Shown here piece by piece: positions 9,201 through 18,200 of a stretch of DNA of 21,385 nt. The translations under genes were made by a program, and so were the position numbers. Numbering within the stretch: position 1 is the first letter of the stretch; each line of letters begins with the position of its first letter. The stretch is from contig CAKJXZ020000051.1 in assembly GCA_918234285.1 (NCBI GenBank), forward strand, positions 1 through 21,385. The letters are read 5' to 3'. The notes beneath the pieces are model-generated. The model was not told where the DNA came from. It did no database searches and was given only the letters and a program-made list of their open reading frames with translations. Source of the DNA: Pseudomonadota bacterium (GTDB taxonomy: Bacteria; Pseudomonadota; Alphaproteobacteria; RF32; CAG-239).

Positions 9201-12200
9201 CGTTGCCGACCGTCAACGACTGACCGTTGGCAACTGCCGCACCGCCGCTTAAAGTAGCTAAACCGGTCACACCCAAAGCACCACCGATACTAGCATCTCC
9301 GGATTGCGCATCCAACGTAATCTTCGTGTTGGCGCCGTTCTTCATCGTCAGTGTTTTGCCGTCGATAATTGTGGTATAAGTATTGGCACCGCTGGTCTTT
9401 TCAAAGTTTTGTGCCGCTTTGAAGGTCTTAGTACCGGTAATATCTTCCGGACCCGCCTTATGAACAACGGTGTCGTCGATACCCTCAACATATTTGCGTA
9501 CCGCACCGCTCGTAATCAAATTGCCGTCATTGACATATACGTTGTCGGTAACCAGATTAATCTGTTCAACCGTGGTAACCGCATTGGCAATCGTATCGGC
9601 ACTGTTCTTAACCACGTTTGCCATCTTCGTCAGGTTAGAGCCGACATCGGCACTGGCCTCGATGATGGTCGTGTTGCCATTGGTCTTGATTTCAGCTGCC
9701 GGTGTTGCCGTCGCTTGCGTCACAAGATAACCGAGATCGATTTCCGTACCCGCACTGGCATTGGCATTAAACGTTCCCGCAGTACTACCATTAAGTTTTA
9801 AGGTCAAGTCGCCGGTACCGACATAGTTCTTAACCGCCTGCGAAGTTGCCAAAGCGTTAGCCGAACCGTCGCCGATGGTATTAACAATGCTGGTAGCTAC
9901 CGTCGATTCGTTACCGAAACTCAAGCCGCCGGTGGTTGCATCGTTGCTCAAAGTCGTCTTGCCGCCGACGGTTACATTACCGTTGATTGCCGTCGTATCG
10001 GTGCTCTCGGTAATCGTAATCTGGTCGCCGAGTTTAATCGTATTAGCAACAACTTCAATCTTCTTGCCCGATGAGGTATCATCCAATTTAATACCGGTCG
10101 TAGCCGTACCGATTTCAGTCTTATCAGCCTGATTACCGATGCTGACGGTATCAATCGTACTGGTATTGTTATCGCCGTGAACCTCAACCTTGAGTGCATA
10201 TTTATCGGTCAAATCCTGTTTTACGTCGCTCAATGCACCGCTCAAAGCACCGATGTTGGCATTAATTGTCTTGTTTGCGCTTACACCGTTGGCCGAGCCG
10301 AGTTCGGCTGCCGTACCGATAACATTGGCACCGGCAACATGTTTAATTGCCGCCATAACATCGGTAACTTCAACCGGGTTAGCGTCCTTATATGTCTGCA
10401 GCGTATCGCTCCATACTCCGGTGGTCGCATCAAACGTATTACCCAAAGCCGCCTGAAGATGGCTGATATCCGTACCGGCCGCGACGGTCAAACTGTTAAT
10501 CTTGTTGATGGCATTAACCACATTCTTGGTAACACCCTGATCAAGCGTAACATTAATATTGTTTACATTGCCAACTTTCAAATCCAACGCGGCAAGTTTA
10601 TCCGCAACCGTATCACCGCTACCGGCAAAGTTACCGCTGTCTAAAGCGACCGCATTACCGACTGTGGCAAAAACGGTTGCCGTAGTAGCCATAGTATCTA
10701 CTGCGCCACTGGTTATCGGAGCCGCGCCCAAATCAACCTTAGATACCGGGGTTGTATTGTTGGTCAAAGTCAAACCGGCCGACGCGACGATACCCGATGC
10801 CTCAATCGCACCATCCTTAATCTTAACGGTTTCACCGGCATTGCTGAAAGTGGTCTGGCCGTTGGAATTATTAATCGTTATCTTGTCCCCGAGCTTAATC
10901 GTATCGGCCACAACTTCAATCTTCTTGCCGGTTGCGGTATCATCCAACTTAATACCGGTCGTTGCCGTACCGATGTTGGTCTTATCCGCAAACTCGCCGA
11001 TATTTACGATATCGCCGCTTTCTCCGTTAATACCGTGAACCTCGATCTTGGTGGCATAATCGTCTTGTACGCCCACCAACGCATCATTCAGCGCGGCAAT
11101 ATTTTCATTAACCGTCTTTGTCTTGCTCACACCGTTGGCCGGAACAATCTGTTCTGATGTTACCGGATCAGTGCCGTAACCTAAATCTTCGGCATCGCCG
11201 ATAACTCCGGATACATAGTTAACCGCATCCATAATGGTGGTAAAGTCTCTCGGTGTTGCCGCTTCCGCTTCTGTTGCAACTTTATAAGAGGTAACCGAAC
11301 CTTTCCATGAACCTCCGTTCTGGAAGGCACCGCCGGTTGCCGCTTCAACGTTATCCGCCAACGACTCAACGGCATTTGTCACGGATGAGATATCGGTAAT
11401 CGCGTTATTACGCGGCGTCGGCCAAGTACCGATTCTGCTGCTCAAAACGTTGATTTCTACCTGCATATCGTTATCTACAGTGGTAGAACGGGTAATCTCT
11501 GCTTCCAATCTGGCCGATATATCAGGACCGCTACCTCCAGGAGTGATATTCTTCACATGGTTATCCAAAGCTTCAATCGCCGCTACTACATTGGTAGAAC
11601 CTTTAACCGCACCGGTACCGCCGTAGCTCTCCTCGGAGAATCTGCCCACGTTACCGACAGCCGTATTCAAAGCGGCCAAGTTGGCATTAACCGAATTACT
11701 GTCGCTCAAGCCGTTCTTCGGTGTAGTCGGTTCCAACGTTACCGGATCTATACCATAGCCCAAATCAGCTCTGGTACCGATATTGCTTACAACCTGCGAC
11801 AACACACCGGTAATTGCGGTTGCACCGTTGATTTGACCATAACTTATCGAGCTGTTATCCAAAATTGTCGCTCTCCAAGTGCCGGTAGTATCAAACAGAC
11901 CGCCCATACCTCTTTCCACATTGGTAGCCAAAGAATCAACTGCAGAAGTAACGCTGCTCTTATCGCTGACGGCATTATGCGTAAACGGTCCGGCACCTAC
12001 CCAGTTACTCAAGTTGGTTACATTGGTGTTCAAAGTATTGACGGTATTGCCCATATTCGTAACCGTAGTATCCAACGTATCGACAGTTATGCTCAAATTA
12101 TTGACCGTATTGCCAAGAGTGGTTACGGAATTGTCAACATTAGTGATATTGGTTTGCAACACCTCATCTCTGGCAATCGACTCATTCTTTACCACCGTCA

Positions 12201-15200
12201 GCGCACTGCTTAAAGCGCCGATATTGGCATTAACCGTATTGCTGGCGCTTACGCCGTTGGCCGTACCGAGTTCGGCTGCCGTACCGATGTTAGTGTTGAG
12301 TTTCTTCACGGCATCAAATATGCTATTATATGTAACCGTAGCAGAATCTCTGTAGGTCTTCATACTGCCCGACCATACACCTTCATCCGTTAAATTACCG
12401 CCCATTCCGATACCGATGTTGGTAACTTTGGTACCTAGATTCTCGACGGTAGTGTTCAAAGTGGTTACTCGACCGTTAACCGTGGTGATGGAGTTTTTCA
12501 ACTCGGTTTCCTTACCGACAGCCCGATCGATTTCATCCGTCAACGCACTGCTCAAAGCACCGATGTTGGCATTAATCGTATTATCGGCGCTTACACCGTT
12601 GGCCGTACCAAGTTCGGCCGCCGTACCTATAACACCGACAACGTGTTCTACCGCGCCCATAACCGTGCTGACCGGAACGGCCGCACTGTCTTTATAAGTC
12701 TGTACCGTACCCGACCAATCGCCGTTGGCATCAAACGCACCGCCCATACCGGTACTGATTTTGTTAACTCTGGTCGAAAGATTATTCACGTTGTTGGTAA
12801 GATTGGTCACGTTGATTTTAACCGTATTGATGGAGCCGGTCAATTCCGTTTCTTTTTCGGTAGCACGCGTAACTTCCTGTTCCAAAGCCGTATTGATCTG
12901 CGTTTCTCTGGTGGTTGCGCGGCTGATTTCACCGGTCAACGCACTGCTCAAAGCACCTATATTCTTATTAATCGTATTGCTTGCACTCACGCCGTTAGCT
13001 TCGGTGCCGAGTTCTGCCGCCGTACCGATAACGTTGGCTCCGGCCACATATCTTATGGCTTCAAGCAAGCTGTTTACCGGAACATCGTTCGCATCTTTAT
13101 AAGTCTTAATGGTGCCCGACCATACGCCGTCACCAGTCAACGAACCACCCATTCCGATACCGATATTGGTAACTTTATTCGTTAAATTCGTCAAATTGTT
13201 ATTAACGGTCGTAACTCTTCCGTCAACCGTATTGATGGAAGTTTGCAAATCGGCCTCTGCACCGGTTGCACGCACATTCTCTGCCGTCAACGCCTGATCC
13301 ACGGCCTTAATGGCATCAGCGGCCGTAGTAGCATTTTTCGCCGCACCCGTATAGTTATCGGCAATAAACATTCTTACATTACCGAGTTTGCTGTTAACCG
13401 CGCCGATATTGGCATTAATGGTATTGCTGGCACTCACACCGTTAATCGGAGTGGTTGTATCGGTCTGCCCCAATTCGGCGGCCGTACCGATAACATTAGC
13501 CCCGGCAACATACTTCACGGCATCCATTATACTGCTGACTTGAACATCCGCCGTATCCTTATACGTTCTTATGGTATCCGACCATGTGCCCGGACCTTCC
13601 GTAAACGTACCGCCCATACCGTTTGCCACATTGGTAGCAAGCGAGTTAACCGCGGATGTAATTTTAGTTCTTTGGCTGACGGTAATTGCCGGGTGAGTCA
13701 AAGCACCCAAATCCCCTACACCATCACCCAAAGTGCTGACATAGGTATCAATCTTGGTGATTGCATCTACCACATCGGTCGCATTTTTTGCCTTATTACT
13801 ATAGCTGTTGGACTTAAATATACTGACATCGCCCACAGCCTTATTAAGTGCGGCCAGGTTAGCATTAACCGTATTGCTTCTGCTTATGCCGTTCTTCGGA
13901 GTAGATGTGCTGGTATATCCTAAATCTGCCACCGTACCGATGGTGTCGCTGATATGATCAATCGCATCGGTAATCTTATAAACCGTAACCGGATTCGTAT
14001 CTTTATAAGTCTGGACACTGCCCGACCATACACCGTCACTGTTAAACGAACCGCCCATACCACTCGATACGTTACTGGCGAGAGAATTAATCGCATTGGT
14101 AACCGAAGATTTGCTGCTGACTGCATTTTGTGTTATGTTATTCAAACTGCCGACTGTCAATGTCAACGCATTCAAATTGTTGGTCAAAGTAGTCTCAGCC
14201 TGCGTTGCGCGCGTAATTTCACCGGAAATATTCGCCGCATTCGTTTCTTCAGCATCTTTAGCACGTGCTGTTTCTGTTGTGATAGCCGTTCTCAAAGTAG
14301 CTTCGGCATCAAGTGCACGTGTATTTTCATCATAGGTTGCCTGATCAACGGCATTGATTGCCGCCACCAAGTTGCTGGAACCGACTGCATGGCCGCCCAA
14401 ATTAGCCAATACACCTTCAACACCCTTAGCACGATTAGCTTCTGTGGTAATCTTGGTATCCAACTGTTCTTCAGCCGCAGCTGCTCTCTCGGATTCAGCT
14501 GTAATATCACCGCGTAATGTTGCTTCTTCGCGAGTAGCACGTCTGTTTTCCGTTGTCAGTGCGCCGCTCAGTGCCGTCAAATTCTTATTAACCGTGTTGC
14601 TTGCGCTCAAACCGTTGGCCGGTGTATCCCCGAAATCAGATACAGTACCGATGGCATCGCTGACATGTTGTACCGCACCCATCAAACTATAAACGGTTTT
14701 GTCGCCCAAATATGTTGACGCCGTTCCCGACCACGTACCATTGGTATCAAACGAGCCGCCCATACCAGCTTCCACATTAACCGCCAACGAGTTGATTGCC
14801 TTGGTTACTTTGGTCTTATCGCTGATGGCATTGTGCTTCAAATCGCTCAAATCACCGACATCGGTACCGGTATGCTCAATCTCATCATCTAAATCATCAA
14901 GCGAGCTTTTCAAAGAGTTAATAGCGTTAACCAGGTTTACTTCCAAACCTTCGTCAATTGTTACCCGCAAATTGTTTAAGTTACCCTCAACACCTTTGGC
15001 ACGCGTTACTTCATTATTAATGGCCGTACGCAGTTTACCTTCTTCTGTGGTAGCGCGCGTGGTTTCGTTTTCAATTGCCGTATTCAAATTACTTTCGGCT
15101 GTCGTGGCACGATTCACTTCTCTGGTTAAAGCGCTGTCAACCGCATTGACTGCTGCCACCAAGTTATTCTTGCCGGCAGCACTTCCCGACAAATTGCTCA

Positions 15201-18200
15201 AATTACCGATATGATTTTCATTGATTTTAACCTGTCCGTCCAAAATCAGTGTCGCAGTCGTCAAATCATCGGCTTCCGAAACATAGTTTCCACTGCTCAA
15301 ATCGGTAATGCTACCAATTGCCGCTTCATTATTACTGATGCGTGTTTTAGCCTTATCAATGGCATTATCCAAAGCCACCAATTGGCCGGAAACCGTCTTG
15401 GCACGATAGTTCAAGTTGGTACGATTGCCGACCGTTGAGGTTGTATCGGTGGAACTAACCGTACCGTTGCTGTTGGCCAAACCATGAATTTTGCCCACCG
15501 TATATGACATATTATTAAGTGCATCAACAATGGTCGACGGAGCTGCCGATCCGCCGTATGTCAGATTCTTATTGGCTATATCTATATTGCTGAGATAACC
15601 TACTTCACCGCGCAGAGCTGCCAGATTACTACGGTTGTTCCGCATGCCGGAATCAGTCGTAGCCAACTGCATATCAAGTTTATTGATGTTGGCCGCAATA
15701 TTAGTATTAGCGTTACCGTCATACGGGCCGACATAGTTACCGCCAACTACCTTACCGATAGCTTTGTCGATTGCCTCGAACGTATCGCCGATGGTCGGAA
15801 CAGGATTAAGCCCGCCGGCGCTATCCTCACCGGTTCTGGCCAGACTGGTGGTGATATTACCATAACTGTCTTCCCATGTATCAATCTTAGAGTCGAGTCG
15901 CTTCAGATTTTCCGCCACGGTATTATTGGAATGTCCGAATTCCGTATCAAACAGATAATTGGTTTCGCTGAGCGTACCCAAAGCATTGGCCACCGTCTTG
16001 GTGGAAGCAATCGTATTGGCATCGCCGTACTTGCTGCCTTCCGCCTGTGTATCCAAATACAAATTATCACTGCCGGAAAAAGTATCAATCAACCTGCCGT
16101 TAAACGTAATTTTATTGCGCAAGTTCGGATTCGTGCCCGTATCTACCGAATAATCGGTTGAGCCCATATACAACATCTTGCTGTTGGCGATGGTAATACC
16201 GTCTTCATCCAAAGTATTAACCGCCACACCGCTGGCATTATTGACAATAATGGTACCGGTTCCGTTGGATTCGGTCAAAATATTTATGGACGGATTACCG
16301 CTGCTGTTGGTAAGCGTAATCGAACTCTTGGTCTGTTCGTTCTTCAAATTTGTACCGTCGGTCAGCTTAAACGTACCGCCGCTGGTAGTTGATTTCAGCT
16401 CAGCCATCAAGGTCGGATCATCCGTATCATTGCCATTGGCATACATAGAGAGAGTACCTTGCGGAGTGGTATCACCGGAATTCAGCAACGTAATACCGGA
16501 CTTACCGAAGTTATTGTTCAGATACAATACACTACCGTCCGACGTACTTTGTACATTAACCATATTGGTTGTATCACCCGCACTGTTCCAACGCGAAAGT
16601 GTTATCTGGCCGTTGGTATCATTCGGACGATTCATCACCGCCACCGGGTCATTACCACCGCGGTTATAAACTATAATCTCGCCGTTACTGCCGTTCAGCT
16701 TAATTTGCTGATTAGCTCCCGAATACATAGTAAAGCTTTTGCCGTTATCAACCCGCATATCGTTTTTGAAAATCGAGCTGCCATTAACCGTCAACACATC
16801 GTCCAGTGAATTACCGAGGGCGATTTCATCTCCGTTGATATACGTTTTGGCATTAACCGTCAATGTATTCGAAGCCTGGTTATCACCGAGAATGGTATTT
16901 CCTTTTGCCGTAAAGTTGCCGTAAGTCCAGATATTACCGGTATCATATGCCATCGTTATCCGGTCATCGTCAGCATCGTTTTTAACCGTAATATTGTTTT
17001 TGAAAGTCGAATTGGCATTAACCAATAACTCATCACTCGCCTCATTACCGAGAGTGGTATCTCCGTTGATTGTGGCATTGGTATTGGCTGTAATGCTGCC
17101 TGCCGTCCAAATATCACCGGTGCTGGCAGTAACCGACATATTCTTGGTATTTTGGTTATAAACTTCCAAATCGTTCTTCAAATACGATTTACCGTTAATC
17201 GTCACACTGTCACTGGCCGCGTTGTCACCGAGGGTAGTACTGCCATCGACGGTCAAAGTGCCTCTGGTAGAAATATTACCGGTATCATGAGCAACGCTCA
17301 TCTTGGTATTTTCGCCGTCCTTGACAAGCAGGTCACCTTTGATGGTAGTATCATCGCCAATCTCGGCCGTACCCGTAACCGATAAGTTGCCGCCGGCCGA
17401 AACATTGCCACCGGCCGAAACATTGCCTCCGGCCGAAACATTACCGTTTGTTGCCGTAATATTGCCGCCGGAAGAAGTGATGTCGCTACTGGCCGTAATC
17501 GTACCGGTAAAGTCTGAAGTTCCAACAACCGTCAACGTATCTTCGGCCGCATTACCAAGTGTGGTATTGCCGTTAACCGTAACATTATTGCTGAAAGTAT
17601 TGGACGGGCCTGACCATGTATTGGTACGCTGTAACAAATGACTAATTGTCTGACCAACCGACATGGTAGTTGCCAACTGATCGTTAACCCCGCCGATGGT
17701 GGTATAATTTGTGCCCGACAATACCGAATCGTTGCTATAGCTTGCCAATTTATCGGTACCAATGGTTCCAACGACGATATCCTCATCAAGAATTGTATGA
17801 TTAAAAATTTTGTCACTGGTAACCGAATTATTCGCCAACTGGGTATTACCAACACCGCCGTCGGCAATCTTCAGACCATCACCGCTCAAACTCAACGTAT
17901 TGCCCTGGAGCTTAATCTTTATCGGTTGTTGTCCGGCTGTTTCCGTAGCATCAAATTCCAAACCGTCGCCCAATCTTGCCGACAAATCATTACCGTCAAG
18001 TATCAAACCATCTTTAATTGTATACGGAGCCGGAATATCAACATTATATACGCCGTTGCTGTCTCTTACCAAACCGGTACCCAATTGAGCGATACTAACC
18101 GCATCGTTGCTTCCATCCGCACCTTTGTCAACATTTGTAATTCGGCGCAAAGAAGATGTATTGCCGACGGAAATCGTATTATTTGCCGATGCTACAGAGT

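Noticed and set aside
7981-17900. Prophage or stand-alone tail-fibre gene
   Set aside because: The fibre-like motifs lie in one frame between a signal peptide and a YadA anchor, and there are no other phage genes.
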